Positions 1 through 9,952 of a stretch of 64,000 bases of DNA are shown piece by piece. A program made the position numbers and the translations under genes. Source of the stretch: a virus (taxonomy: Duplodnaviria > Caudoviricetes); the IMG/VR virus record IMGVR_UViG_3300009082_000959; one strand, 5' to 3'. The notes under the pieces were generated by a model. It made no database searches. It saw only the letters and a list, made by a program, of their open reading frames with translations, and was not told where the DNA came from. Each line of letters begins with the position of its first letter. Position 1 is the first letter of the stretch.

Positions 1-1
1 T

Positions 2-289
2 GCGATTAGTGCCCACCAAAATAAGATTACCAATGTTGTTGCAACTTGTGGAACAATGTTTGGTAAAAAACAATTAGCAATACTATCCAGATATACTAAT
101 AATATATGCTTATTATTTGACAATGATGCGCCAGGGAGAACTAGTGCCATAAAGGCAGAGAAAAACTTAAAGGATATAGATGGGGCTAAAATCTTTTTAA
201 GATTCACACCAGATGGTTATAAAGATTTAGATGAATTCTTGCGAAATGGCGGAGATTATAATACGCTATTTAAAGACTCTAATGTTTGA
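2..289 (+). CDS. dnaG: DNA primase, C-terminal Toprim part (5'-truncated by window)
   Basis: Frame is open from nt 2: AISAHQNKITNVVATCGTMFGKKQLAILSRYTNNICLLFDNDAPG matches the DnaG Toprim pattern NVVAxxGT...LxFDxDxAG. Confidence 0.85.
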   Translation, partial: AISAHQNKITNVVATCGTMFGKKQLAILSRYTNNICLLFDNDAPGRTSAIKAEKNLKDIDGAKIFLRFTPDGYKDLDEFLRNGGDYNTLFKDSNV

Positions 290-298
290 GGAAATTTA

Positions 299-745
299 AT
301 GCCGAAAAATTTTGTATGCAGTGGATCTGGAGACGCAGATGTTTCTGGAAATTATATAGAAATAAGTATAGATCCAAATGTTTTAAATAATTTCTCAAAT
401 GAAGACGGAATGTCAGCATTTCTTTCATCACAATCATGTTCTGAGGAATTTAAATTATTAAAGGCAGAACTGTTACAGGAAGTTTTACTGATAATAGAAA
501 TGTGTCTTACCAAAAAACAGAAAGAGGTTATGAAAATGACATTTGTTGATGGTATGACACAGAATGAGATAGCGTCTGAACTTGGAAAGCATCAAACCAC
601 TATACATAAACTTTTGTATGGAAATTTGGACTACAATAATAAGAGAAGGCGTTATGGTGGTGCAATGAAAAAAATTAGAAAAATGTGCGCAAATAGTAAA
701 AAAATACAAGAAATACTTACAAAAATGAAACAACAGGTTGAATAA
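299..745 (+). CDS. Sigma-70 region-4 HTH domain protein
   Basis: LTKKQKEVMKMTFVDGMTQNEIASELGKHQTTIHKLL is a typical sigma region-4 HTH; no region 2 recognisable. Confidence 0.7.
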   Translation: MPKNFVCSGSGDADVSGNYIEISIDPNVLNNFSNEDGMSAFLSSQSCSEEFKLLKAELLQEVLLIIEMCLTKKQKEVMKMTFVDGMTQNEIASELGKHQTTIHKLLYGNLDYNNKRRRYGGAMKKIRKMCANSKKIQEILTKMKQQVE

Positions 746-747
746 AT

Positions 748-1788
748 ATGGGAAGAAAGAAAATAATATTGGATCCGGATAAGCTTACCAATAGTTACAA
801 ACAACTTTTATCAATTAATAAAGTTGCCTTAGAGTTAAATACTACACCATTTATTGTGCGAGAGAGATTAATTGAACTTGGGGTTAGACTGGTAAATCCA
901 GGCGGTCAACATAAATATTCGTGTAACGATGATTTTTTCTCAACTGATACTCCGGAATCTTTTTATTGGGCTGGGTATATGGCCGCAGATGGATGCGTGT
1001 CTCAATCATACCGTAATGGTAAAGTGGTGTCTGTATCAAGTATAGACATAGAACATATGGAAAAATTTAAAAAATGTGTTGAATATGATGGACCAGTAAG
1101 AATAGATACTAATTTAAATGAAATAAATAAGACCAAAACTATAAAAAGTACGAAACCATTTTCTGGCATTGGAATTCATTCTGAAAAAATGTTTTATAAT
1201 TTGGCTAGATTTGGAGTAATTCCTAATAAATCATTGATATATGTTTTCCCAGATTGGCTTAAGCAACATGCACTGGTTAATCATTTTATTCGAGGCTGCA
1301 CCGACGGAGATGGTTGCTGGTCTGAATTAAAACCGCGCGGCGGTGGAAGAACCAGAGATATATTGACATATCATTTATGTGGAACAAATAGTATGGTTGA
1401 ATCAGTTAGGGAAGTTTTTAGTAAAAATTGTGGACGAAAAATTACTCAAAAAATATATAAAAATAAAAATATTTTTTGCTTATCGTATTGTGGTAATGTT
1501 CAAGCCAAGGCAATAAGGGATTTCCTTTACGCCGGCGCAAATCAAAATATTTGGTTGAACCGCAAGCACAATATAGTATATAATGATTGGATAGATGTTT
1601 TGTCAGAGTATGCAATGGTTTCGGTAATAGGAACTAATGCGAAAACAAATGAGATAGTTGAGTTTAATGGTATGATGGAAGCGGAGCGACACGGATTTAA
1701 TCATTGCGGAATATCAGAATGTTGCTCCGGGAAAAGAAAGTTACATCATGGTTACAGTTGGAAATTTAACAAAAGGAGTTGTGTTTAA
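748..1788 (+). CDS. Free-standing LAGLIDADG homing endonuclease with C-terminal NUMOD1-like DNA-binding domain
   Basis: Two LAGLIDADG helices (YWAGYMAADG, HFIRGCTDGDG); C-terminal GFNHCGISECCSGKRKLHHGYSWKF. Confidence 0.85.
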   Translation: MGRKKIILDPDKLTNSYKQLLSINKVALELNTTPFIVRERLIELGVRLVNPGGQHKYSCNDDFFSTDTPESFYWAGYMAADGCVSQSYRNGKVVSVSSIDIEHMEKFKKCVEYDGPVRIDTNLNEINKTKTIKSTKPFSGIGIHSEKMFYNLARFGVIPNKSLIYVFPDWLKQHALVNHFIRGCTDGDGCWSELKPRGGGRTRDILTYHLCGTNSMVESVREVFSKNCGRKITQKIYKNKNIFCLSYCGNVQAKAIRDFLYAGANQNIWLNRKHNIVYNDWIDVLSEYAMVSVIGTNAKTNEIVEFNGMMEAERHGFNHCGISECCSGKRKLHHGYSWKFNKRSCV

Positions 1789-2258
1789 TGAAGGTAATGC
1801 TCATCAATGAGTCTGGAGAAAGAGTTGGGGAAGTTCTTATAGAGGAAGCAGAAAGGCAAGCAAAACTAGCGGGAAAACAGTTGGCGATGGTTGCCCAAAA
1901 TGTATATAGAATAGTTGAAATAGGCAAACTAAAATACGAAAAAAACCAAAAGCAACGCCAAAGCCGCGTACAAAAAAGGCAGCACAAGATAAAGGAAATA
2001 AAATTGGGAGTAGCAATAGAAACACACGACATAGAAGTAAAAGCAAATCATATACGAGAATTTCTTGAAAAGGGCCTTAAAACAAAGATTACTGTTCAGT
2101 TTAAGGGGCGACAAATGGCTTTTCAGGAAATAGGCTTTCAGAAGTTGAATCTATTAATTAAACCATTTCTTGATAATGGCTTAGCAACACTTGATAAAGA
2201 ACCAAAAATGGATGGTAAAAACCTGATAGCTTTTCTCATTCCAACCCGCCGAAGTTAA
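1788..2258 (+). CDS. infC: Translation initiation factor IF-3
   Basis: VMLINESGERVG...GKLKYE...IKEIKLGVAIETHDIEVK...FLEKGLKTKITVQFKGRQ follows IF-3 N- and C-domain motifs; AAGGAG Shine-Dalgarno 9 nt before ATG 1788. Confidence 0.9.
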   Translation: MKVMLINESGERVGEVLIEEAERQAKLAGKQLAMVAQNVYRIVEIGKLKYEKNQKQRQSRVQKRQHKIKEIKLGVAIETHDIEVKANHIREFLEKGLKTKITVQFKGRQMAFQEIGFQKLNLLIKPFLDNGLATLDKEPKMDGKNLIAFLIPTRRS

Positions 2259-2318
2259 TCTCACCACTTATACAGTAATCGTATAATTTTCTAAAAATCA
2301 AAACAAAAATACCATCTT

Positions 2319-2332
2319 TCTATCAATATTTT
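2319..2332 (+). promoter_or_regulatory. Putative late promoter TCTATCAATATTTT (copy 1)
   Basis: The 12-mer TCTATCAATATT recurs in four intergenic gaps (2319, 32754, 50291, 62510), each upstream of a gene block. Confidence 0.6.
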
Positions 2333-2397
2333 GAACTTATAATGTTAGGTGTGGTCTATTCTGACTACACCACATTATTTATGTGGGGTTATATTAA

Positions 2398-2871
2398 ATG
2401 GACACTCTTGATTGGACCCAGTTGGCCGGAAATGTTAATAAAGATGCAAATAAAATAGAATATGAACCAAACAAAGGTTTGTTTAGAAAAATAGCATTTG
2501 ATGTATTTCAACTAAATTCTGCGCCCGTTGAGTCTCTTTGGACACTCGAAAGTAGCGATGACGGAACACAGTATTTGGTCGCAATGTATGCCGATGATGA
2601 CACTGAGACACTAGAAGCAAAAGGTGACTGGAACGCAATTATGTGCAAAAATGCTAGCAGTGTCACACTAACCTATAAAGAAACACCATTATACAAGTTT
2701 GCTTCATCTGATTATGGTTTTATTGAGTCAGATGCTCATATTTTTCAGAGAAGTCTTATAGAAAAATTTAGTTCAGATAAAGCATTTGTGTCATTATTTT
2801 TGAAAGCACAGCCCAAAAATAAACTATCGGAAATATTAAATAAATTCCCAGAACTCAAAGATTTTGTATAA
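2398..2871 (+). CDS. Hypothetical phage protein
   Basis: 157-aa ORF in operon context; no motif recognised. Confidence 0.7.
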   Translation: MDTLDWTQLAGNVNKDANKIEYEPNKGLFRKIAFDVFQLNSAPVESLWTLESSDDGTQYLVAMYADDDTETLEAKGDWNAIMCKNASSVTLTYKETPLYKFASSDYGFIESDAHIFQRSLIEKFSSDKAFVSLFLKAQPKNKLSEILNKFPELKDFV

Positions 2872-2919
2872 TAAACTAATGGCCGCCTGGTCGGTCTAAT
2901 TTTTGGAGGAGAATGTAAC

Positions 2920-4482
2920 ATGACTAGCAATATAAATATTGGCGAGCTTGCTCGAATCGCCAAGGAAGCGCTTGATGCAAGAACCAATGGACAAGAGTTC
3001 ATGCTCAACGATGTATATAATGTTACTCGTGCTGCCTATGAGCGTCACCCAGAAGATCACGTAATAAGGCATGTTGCTGCAACAATAGAGAGAATGTATG
3101 AAAGATCAAAGGTTGGCGCAACAATAAACCAGTCCGAGATATCCAAAATATATAATCATTTCGCTAGTTTATCTGGTAATTCGAATTTTAAGAGTGTTCT
3201 TGGCCACTTGTTGCTTGGAGACGTAATAAAAAAATCCTCCCCAGATTACGATAAAATCAATAAAACAGCCCAAGAAGATTTATCTATAGACACACAAGAC
3301 GTAAGAGATGCATCGGCAGCAATACAGACCATGTTTGTTGACACCACAAATAATGTATATGATAAGAAAATTGCATCTGACGGAGTAAAAATTGTTTCTG
3401 CTGAGCTTCGAGCACTCGGCGTTCCATTTCACTCTGTTTCAGTTGTTGGTGGGGATAATAAACTATTGGTTTATTCCTCGCAATTTGATACGAGGAAAGG
3501 TCCATTACAAGTTGCAATACCAGTGGAGATTAAAAATAATCAAGTTTTATTTCCAACAAAGTTCGTAGAGAATGGGCAATTAACTGATCTCACGACTAAC
3601 AACATACGAAAACATATAGATAGGTTTGCAGAAAACAATGAGTTCTATGTAGATAGACAATTTCCAGAAAGTAAACCAGATATTAACACGCACAGTGACG
3701 TTGAAATGCCAAAGTCACTGGAACATTTGGCAAGAGACTTTGAAGATAGCGTAATAGAGGCAGCAAGCTCCTTTGGTCTTGGGTCAATTCAGTGTGGAAA
3801 GGAAATGGTTGGAAGAGAATTAAGGTCCGCTGGATTTAAGAATGCTCAGGTCAAATTTGGAAGCGAGAGCGCGGACTCGGTTGTGTATTTAGCGTCCATA
3901 CCAACGCCTAAGGGCGCAGTCGAAATAGAAGTTCCGGTTGAGATGATTGCAACAGCTGAAAATAAGTTTTCTCCACTAATTCCAACGTATTTTGCTTATG
4001 ATGGAATAATAGAGGATTTTACGGCAGCAAAACTTCAGAGATTTGCAATTAATCTACCAACACCATCAACTGAGAACAAAATTTATAGATCAGCGTTCGC
4101 ATACATGACACTCCCAGAATTAAAAGATGAGATTTTAAAGGCGGCTAGCGCAAACGATTATGTGAGTTGTGAAGCGGCATTATCAGAGATCGAAGAAAAG
4201 TTTTCAGAAGAAGATTTTAAAAATGCAGTCGCAGACTACCACTATATATTGATGCATAAGACACATTCTGAGCACTCTGAGATGCAAAAATGCAGCAGAA
4301 TGATTCCTGCTGGTAAGGGGTCTATATATCCCAGATGCGGCCATTACCTTGTTGCGATGAACAAAGTTGTGGTTGATGAGAACGGAAATTGTCATCTAAA
4401 GTCATCAATTGAGCGAGAAAAATTAAACCCGGCAGAAGACGGTGGTGCAGCCATAAGCACATCAAAGATTTTTATGGCATAA
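2920..4482 (+). CDS. Hypothetical protein with internal domain duplication
   Basis: GGAG SD; two ~80-aa copies (VSAELRALG..TRKGPLQVAIPVE / VGRELRSAG..TPKGAVEIEVPVE); Cys/His-containing C-terminus. Confidence 0.75.
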   Translation: MTSNINIGELARIAKEALDARTNGQEFMLNDVYNVTRAAYERHPEDHVIRHVAATIERMYERSKVGATINQSEISKIYNHFASLSGNSNFKSVLGHLLLGDVIKKSSPDYDKINKTAQEDLSIDTQDVRDASAAIQTMFVDTTNNVYDKKIASDGVKIVSAELRALGVPFHSVSVVGGDNKLLVYSSQFDTRKGPLQVAIPVEIKNNQVLFPTKFVENGQLTDLTTNNIRKHIDRFAENNEFYVDRQFPESKPDINTHSDVEMPKSLEHLARDFEDSVIEAASSFGLGSIQCGKEMVGRELRSAGFKNAQVKFGSESADSVVYLASIPTPKGAVEIEVPVEMIATAENKFSPLIPTYFAYDGIIEDFTAAKLQRFAINLPTPSTENKIYRSAFAYMTLPELKDEILKAASANDYVSCEAALSEIEEKFSEEDFKNAVADYHYILMHKTHSEHSEMQKCSRMIPAGKGSIYPRCGHYLVAMNKVVVDENGNCHLKSSIEREKLNPAEDGGAAISTSKIFMA

Positions 4483-4509
4483 TATATAATAATAGGAATA
4501 TATAAAAAA

Positions 4510-5490
4510 ATGGCACTTAATATCAATGAACTAGTGTTATTGTCTGAAACACTATCAAAAAGTGGCAAAATAAAGCAGGCAAAGACTATAGAAGGCATGA
4601 TTGATAAATTATCAGCCGAATGGGACACAATGGATCCAGAAAAACAAAAAAGTTGGGTAGAGAGGCAGGACTGGCACACAAATCCCATCGAATACATAAA
4701 TCGTCCCGAGAAAAAACCAGAGCCACCGACATCTGGTGTTTCAACAAAAAACGAAGACGAAACGAGTATTGATGAGGATAAAATTAATGAAAAGGCACTA
4801 GAAGATGCCAATAAAGAGTTTAGTAAATTTTTATCTTATCTTGATTCTAGCGGCATATCTCCTCAATCGTTTTTTGATACCGTTCATGGGTCTGGTGGAA
4901 TTATATTGCGCAACAATCCAGAAACAAACAAACCAGAGGTGGTGAAAGATTTTCCAGAAGATAATGAAATAGACTCTTCGGCCGCAATTAATAAAAATGA
5001 TGTATTATATAAACTTGCAGAAATGGCAGACAGATTAGATTCTATTGGGGCAACAAAAGAGGCAAATCTTATAGATAATTTCATATCAAAACACGCATCG
5101 GGTCCTGTAGTATTAAAGAGTGCAGACGACCAAGAAAAAAAGTATGATGCAAAATATCATCATTCGTTGCAGGTTAGAGAACCAAAAAATAAGGATAAAA
5201 AAGAAACAAAACATAGTGTCAAAAACTATGAAGGCGGGCACGGATGCAGCACACTTAGCACAAGATACTGCCCAGAACATCCTGGGGTTATGCTCGGAAG
5301 AATAGGCGAGCTTACATATCAGTGTTCTCTAGATGGCCATGTTTACAACTACGAAGCAGGCTGGGTTGATGCCGATGGGACAAATCACCCAGGAGGATCT
5401 GTTGCTGGCCAGACACCGGACTCTACCGGATATGATACGCCACACAGAGTATTTGATAGTAGAGAGAATACATTAAATAGGGGAAAATAA
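4510..5490 (+). CDS. Hairpin-tag protein (two tag copies) with Cys-containing C-terminal domain
   Basis: LVLLSETLSKSGKIKQAKTIEGMI and LYKLAEMADRLDSIGATKEANLIDNFISKHA; CSTLSTRYCPEHPG...CSLDGH. Confidence 0.75.
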   Translation: MALNINELVLLSETLSKSGKIKQAKTIEGMIDKLSAEWDTMDPEKQKSWVERQDWHTNPIEYINRPEKKPEPPTSGVSTKNEDETSIDEDKINEKALEDANKEFSKFLSYLDSSGISPQSFFDTVHGSGGIILRNNPETNKPEVVKDFPEDNEIDSSAAINKNDVLYKLAEMADRLDSIGATKEANLIDNFISKHASGPVVLKSADDQEKKYDAKYHHSLQVREPKNKDKKETKHSVKNYEGGHGCSTLSTRYCPEHPGVMLGRIGELTYQCSLDGHVYNYEAGWVDADGTNHPGGSVAGQTPDSTGYDTPHRVFDSRENTLNRGK

Positions 5491-5493
5491 ACA

Positions 5494-6045
5494 ATGTATA
5501 GTATTGATGAACTTATTGCAATAGCAGACTCTCTTGATGCGTGTGGATTACATTCAGAAGCAGAAACTATAGATGGTATGATAGAAAAATTGGCCGCACC
5601 GACGTCTGGTGCTATTCCATCATTTGTGACAAGGCTAAAAGAGACTTTTGTTTCTGAAATTGGTGATTCTGGGGACCGCATTAGCCTTGAATACATTTTA
5701 GAGGTAATAGACAGTGTTGCACAAAATAGTGGTCCATTTACTGGATATAAGGCTGGCCCAGAAGAAGTAAATAGACTTAAAGTTATGTCACAAGAGCCGG
5801 CGAGCAAGGCACTACACTTACTTGAGCTTCAGAGATCGGTAAAGGACATTAAATCTGAGTTAGACAAAGAAAATGACCCAGAAAAAATCAAATTGTTGCA
5901 GCGTGATTTGAAGAGCGATCAAGAAGACTTAGACGAAATACTCAAAAAAGTAGAACAATGGAAGAGTGGTAAAAGAGATAATGATATTGCATCATATGAT
6001 CTATTTACAAAGATATACAATAGTCGCGGAGAAAATATAGAATAA
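5494..6045 (+). CDS. Hairpin-tag protein
   Basis: N-terminal LIAIADSLDACGLHSEAETIDGMIEKLAA. Confidence 0.75.
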   Translation: MYSIDELIAIADSLDACGLHSEAETIDGMIEKLAAPTSGAIPSFVTRLKETFVSEIGDSGDRISLEYILEVIDSVAQNSGPFTGYKAGPEEVNRLKVMSQEPASKALHLLELQRSVKDIKSELDKENDPEKIKLLQRDLKSDQEDLDEILKKVEQWKSGKRDNDIASYDLFTKIYNSRGENIE

Positions 6046-6782
6046 TGTCTGCATCGAAAGTACTAAAGCATCCCGATAAAGATGAAATAATAGAACTACT
6101 TGCAACCAAAGGAGAGTCTGTAAGGGAAATAGAATCAATGTTGCGAAGCAAGTATCCGTCTAGTAAACATTTGTGGATATCATCAGTAACACTTCAAAAA
6201 TTCAGAAAAGAAAACTTAAAGCTTGAGGGAAGAGTTCTTAGGGATATACAAGAAGCCGGAAGAGTTCAAAAGCAGCAATCAGAAAAACAAGAGAAGATTC
6301 GTATTTTGGAATCTACCGGCGCTTACACAAAAAAAATTAATGAAATTGCTGATTCTAAACTAGATGTCCAAAAAAGAATTTTGCAGTTGGATAGAATAAT
6401 AGAATCAAGAATGGAGTACTGGTATAATGCCATTATTAGTGGTACAGAAACTGCATCAAAAGGTGACAAGGAATTAAGACAATTTATGGACAGACAAATG
6501 AATCTTTTGTCGCAATACAAGAAATTGGTTGAGGGAATGGCAGATAGAACAATAGATCATAATGTGAATATAACGGTAATGAATGAACAAATAGGAATAA
6601 TACAGGACGTAATAAGAGAGTGTATATCAAGTTTTTCGCCCGAACAAGCAATGTTGTTTATGGAAAAGCTAAACAGAAGATTAAACGCAACAACTTATCG
6701 CCCAAAAGAACTACAACCGGCATTATCATTAGTTGAACTTAAAAAATCTGAAGAAGATATTATTGACGGTGAATATGAATAA
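6045..6782 (+). CDS. Possible terminase small subunit
   Basis: N-terminal HTH-like segment, central coiled coil and TIDHNVNITV beta segment typical of TerS; lies ~6 kb upstream of TerL. Confidence 0.4.
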   Translation: MSASKVLKHPDKDEIIELLATKGESVREIESMLRSKYPSSKHLWISSVTLQKFRKENLKLEGRVLRDIQEAGRVQKQQSEKQEKIRILESTGAYTKKINEIADSKLDVQKRILQLDRIIESRMEYWYNAIISGTETASKGDKELRQFMDRQMNLLSQYKKLVEGMADRTIDHNVNITVMNEQIGIIQDVIRECISSFSPEQAMLFMEKLNRRLNATTYRPKELQPALSLVELKKSEEDIIDGEYE

Positions 6783-8238
6783 TTACCACCAAAGAATTAA
6801 AGTAGCGTATTCTGGCGGCAATGTAAACAAATATATGTCGAAACGATTGTCTGATGCGGCAGAAGACGGCATGACTGACAATTTATATGACGAATTAGAG
6901 CGAGACGCGATTGATGCCAGTGATGTGGGTGTCGAAAGTGACAGAGACTACAACATATACTTTTTTGTAAGCTCCTTAGTGGACGACATACTGCTAGACA
7001 CCTTTAATAAAAAGATTTCACCAGAAGATAAAAAAGAATTGTGTAGGTTTATCCTATCGCACAAGAATGATAAAAATTATAAACTTGACAACTTGACAGA
7101 TTACAGGATACTAATACACAAGTGGTTGTGTGATAGTTTATCAAAAAAGGCTCACCCAAATATATCTGGAAAAAACATAAAAGATCCAACATATTTGATT
7201 GATAAGTGGATAGATGCAATAAAAAAAATATACTCAATAATTCATACCAATAACATCGGACGAAGAGATGCATTTGATTATGTAACCTCAGATTGGGATG
7301 CTGACGAAAGAAGTAAGTTTGATAATTGGATGAAATACTACGAGAGTGGTAATACGGAGAAATATAACGTGAAAACCGCACAATTTAAAAATGTTTTTGG
7401 TGCAGAAATCCCAATACCGAGTACATTACTAAACAGAAGAGAACAATCAAATTCACCTATTCCAATTTCCACATATAAGGCAAATTTAGAACCAACCAAA
7501 AAAGAAATTGATGTGGAAAATGCAAAGCAATTTAAGGCCCAAATGCGTTCTCGGCTGTACTCGTTTAGAAAATTATTAGAAAAATACCACGATATATTGT
7601 CCAAACAGAACATAGACCAAATATACGATGAATTATTTGCGCTAGAAAAAAGTGTTGGAAAATTAAATGTTTATGCATCATTGAGAGATAGGGCCATACT
7701 ATCCGCAAACAGGATAAAAATATTTGGATTCCCAGAGGGAGCAGATATGCTAGAAAAATTTGCCGCCGAGCCGGCAGTTGGTCAAGGAGTAATGAGTGCT
7801 TTGCCGCAGACTGGATCAAAAGAACCAAATTTACCGCCACAAAGTACGTCTATGGCTGGAATTCAAGATGTAATAAATAGACTTGAGTCAATAGGCAAAA
7901 ACCTTAAATCTAGAGATATGATAAGAGAATTAGCTAGCATTGACATATTACTGAACGAGATGGGTATGGCTAGTTACTTCCCAGAATTAAGCGACTCTCA
8001 GGCAAAGCTAATAGAAGCTTATGGTTATGCATCGAACAAGGTTGAGGCAATAATAGCCAAATTACGCGGAAGTGGGCCAAGCAAACCAAAGAAAACCAAA
8101 GAAGAAGCCACACCAGACACTATTAATCCGTTGCCGATTAAGCAATCTCCACCTACACCAGCACAGAAACCGATGGAAACTGGAGAGATAATGGACAAGC
8201 CAGTTGGAAAAGTAGAAAACAGATTACCAATAAAATAA
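6775..8238 (+). CDS. Hypothetical protein with several K-x-A motifs
   Basis: ATG 6775 overlaps the upstream stop; contains IKVAY, LSKKAH, VKTAQ, EKFAA; Pro-rich tail. Confidence 0.7.
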   Translation: MNNYHQRIKVAYSGGNVNKYMSKRLSDAAEDGMTDNLYDELERDAIDASDVGVESDRDYNIYFFVSSLVDDILLDTFNKKISPEDKKELCRFILSHKNDKNYKLDNLTDYRILIHKWLCDSLSKKAHPNISGKNIKDPTYLIDKWIDAIKKIYSIIHTNNIGRRDAFDYVTSDWDADERSKFDNWMKYYESGNTEKYNVKTAQFKNVFGAEIPIPSTLLNRREQSNSPIPISTYKANLEPTKKEIDVENAKQFKAQMRSRLYSFRKLLEKYHDILSKQNIDQIYDELFALEKSVGKLNVYASLRDRAILSANRIKIFGFPEGADMLEKFAAEPAVGQGVMSALPQTGSKEPNLPPQSTSMAGIQDVINRLESIGKNLKSRDMIRELASIDILLNEMGMASYFPELSDSQAKLIEAYGYASNKVEAIIAKLRGSGPSKPKKTKEEATPDTINPLPIKQSPPTPAQKPMETGEIMDKPVGKVENRLPIK

Positions 8239-8240
8239 AA

Positions 8241-9008
8241 ATGAATATAAATGAGTTACTTGAGTCAATTGACAAAATATCAAAACTAAGTGGTTTGTCT
8301 AAGCCATTCATGGTTGGCGGCGTTCCAAGAGATCGTTTTTTGGGAAAGCTAGGAAAGCCCTCGGAAATAAAGGATGTTGATATTACAACAGGAAACAATG
8401 ATTCAAGAAAGCTTGCAGAAATATTGCATAAGAAATTTCCCAAAAGCACGTATAGGGAATACGATGACGGCCATATTTCATTAGATATATTTGGATTACA
8501 CATAGATTTCTCAAGTAATTTTGTTGCCCCTGGGGTATCCGAAGAATTGGCTAAAGCCGGAGTTACAGGTATATCACCAATGTTGCTTGAGGTTTATAGT
8601 CGAGATTTTACAATTAATACTCTGCTAGAGGATTTAGCTTTCTCAGGAATCTATGATTTAACAAAAGAGGGCATAAAGGACTTAAAAACCGGTGTAGTAA
8701 GGTGCCCAATAGATCCAGAAATAACAATAGGTGTTGATCCACGAAGAATATTGCGAGCAATTAAATTTTCAATAAAATATGGGTTTACAATTGAAGAAAA
8801 TCTTAAAAATGCTATTATGAATAATAGAAAAAAACTTCAATCTCTTCCTAGAAAATTTGTACAGGACAAAATAAGTGAAATTGTTACGCTCGATAGTGAT
8901 TTGGGAATCGATGAATTAATAAAATATAAAATTTTACCACTAGTTCCTTTATCAAAAACAGTTTCAGATATTTTAATACAAAAAAGAAAAATGGTTCACG
9001 CATTATAA
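8241..9008 (+). CDS. CCA-adding enzyme/poly(A) polymerase family nucleotidyltransferase (stand-alone, short)
   Basis: MVGGVPRDRFLG, KDVDIT (DxD), SRDFTINTL, DPRRILRAIKF: class II tRNA nucleotidyltransferase motifs. Confidence 0.85.
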   Translation: MNINELLESIDKISKLSGLSKPFMVGGVPRDRFLGKLGKPSEIKDVDITTGNNDSRKLAEILHKKFPKSTYREYDDGHISLDIFGLHIDFSSNFVAPGVSEELAKAGVTGISPMLLEVYSRDFTINTLLEDLAFSGIYDLTKEGIKDLKTGVVRCPIDPEITIGVDPRRILRAIKFSIKYGFTIEENLKNAIMNNRKKLQSLPRKFVQDKISEIVTLDSDLGIDELIKYKILPLVPLSKTVSDILIQKRKMVHAL

Positions 9009-9268
9009 TGGAAAAAGAATCTCAAGTCACGGCATTGCAGAATTTTCAAACACTAGAGCAAACACTGCTAAAGATCGACTCCTTGATGAAAGATTTTCAG
9101 ATAAATAGAGATATTATAAAAAACCTAATGTCACAACTCAAAGTTCAGGTTCAACAATTGGAAAAAATAAGAAACCAAGAACCGGGCATTGGAGCAACAC
9201 AAAGTGGCGCTGACGACGGAAAACACCACTCATTTTGGAGAAAAAATTTAGATTATGGCGTCAGATAA
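9008..9268 (+). CDS. Small coiled-coil hypothetical protein
   Basis: 86-aa ORF translationally coupled on both sides. Confidence 0.55.
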   Translation: MEKESQVTALQNFQTLEQTLLKIDSLMKDFQINRDIIKNLMSQLKVQVQQLEKIRNQEPGIGATQSGADDGKHHSFWRKNLDYGVR

Positions 9269-9938
9269 TATTACAAAAAAATGCATGATACGTGGAAACG
9301 GAGCATCTGCTTGTCCGTTTGGCCTACCCGCTATAGAGGCTTGTAAGTGTGCAGGAAATTGTGTTGATAGAATGGCTCCGGTCGACCAAGCAAATGAGCA
9401 GGAGACAGAGAGACTGGCACGTGCAAACAGAATAGTCTATGCATATTGTAAAGAAAAATGTAATTGCAAATATGCAGACAAAATAATTGAATCCAAGGAA
9501 AAGGTTGATTGTGATTTTGGTGATACTGGCGCTGGCCAACGAACACCATCATTTAGGGGAAGTCCGCTATACCCGCAAACATTTCATGGCATAGGTTTGG
9601 ATGGATTATATGGTTATCCACTGGGATATTACTCAGATAATAATGAAAGCAGAAATATGTTTTTTGGGTTATTTAGTTTAATCGGAACACACACAATACA
9701 AGAATTGGTTAAAGTTGGAGACCAATACGATAAGTCAGGAGAGCTAGAGAAAGCAAATATAGTTGATGATTTGTTAGTAAAATTGAAAGGAATAAGAGAT
9801 AATAATAGGGAATCGTTTGATACAATTGAATCATATTTAGAAGAATTTAGAAAAAAATACGATAGAGCCAGGTCTGACACCGGATTGTTGTGGGACTTGT
9901 CGCAAAAATGGTACGGCGCCCGACAATCTGCAAAATAA
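9255..9938 (+). CDS. Cys-rich protein with hairpin tag
   Basis: N-terminal Cys cluster (CPFGLPAIEACKCAGNC...CKEKCNCKY); LVKVGDQYDKSGELEKANIVDDLL. Confidence 0.7.
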   Translation: MASDNITKKCMIRGNGASACPFGLPAIEACKCAGNCVDRMAPVDQANEQETERLARANRIVYAYCKEKCNCKYADKIIESKEKVDCDFGDTGAGQRTPSFRGSPLYPQTFHGIGLDGLYGYPLGYYSDNNESRNMFFGLFSLIGTHTIQELVKVGDQYDKSGELEKANIVDDLLVKLKGIRDNNRESFDTIESYLEEFRKKYDRARSDTGLLWDLSQKWYGARQSAK

Positions 9939-9952
9939 TGGAGGATTAGACA

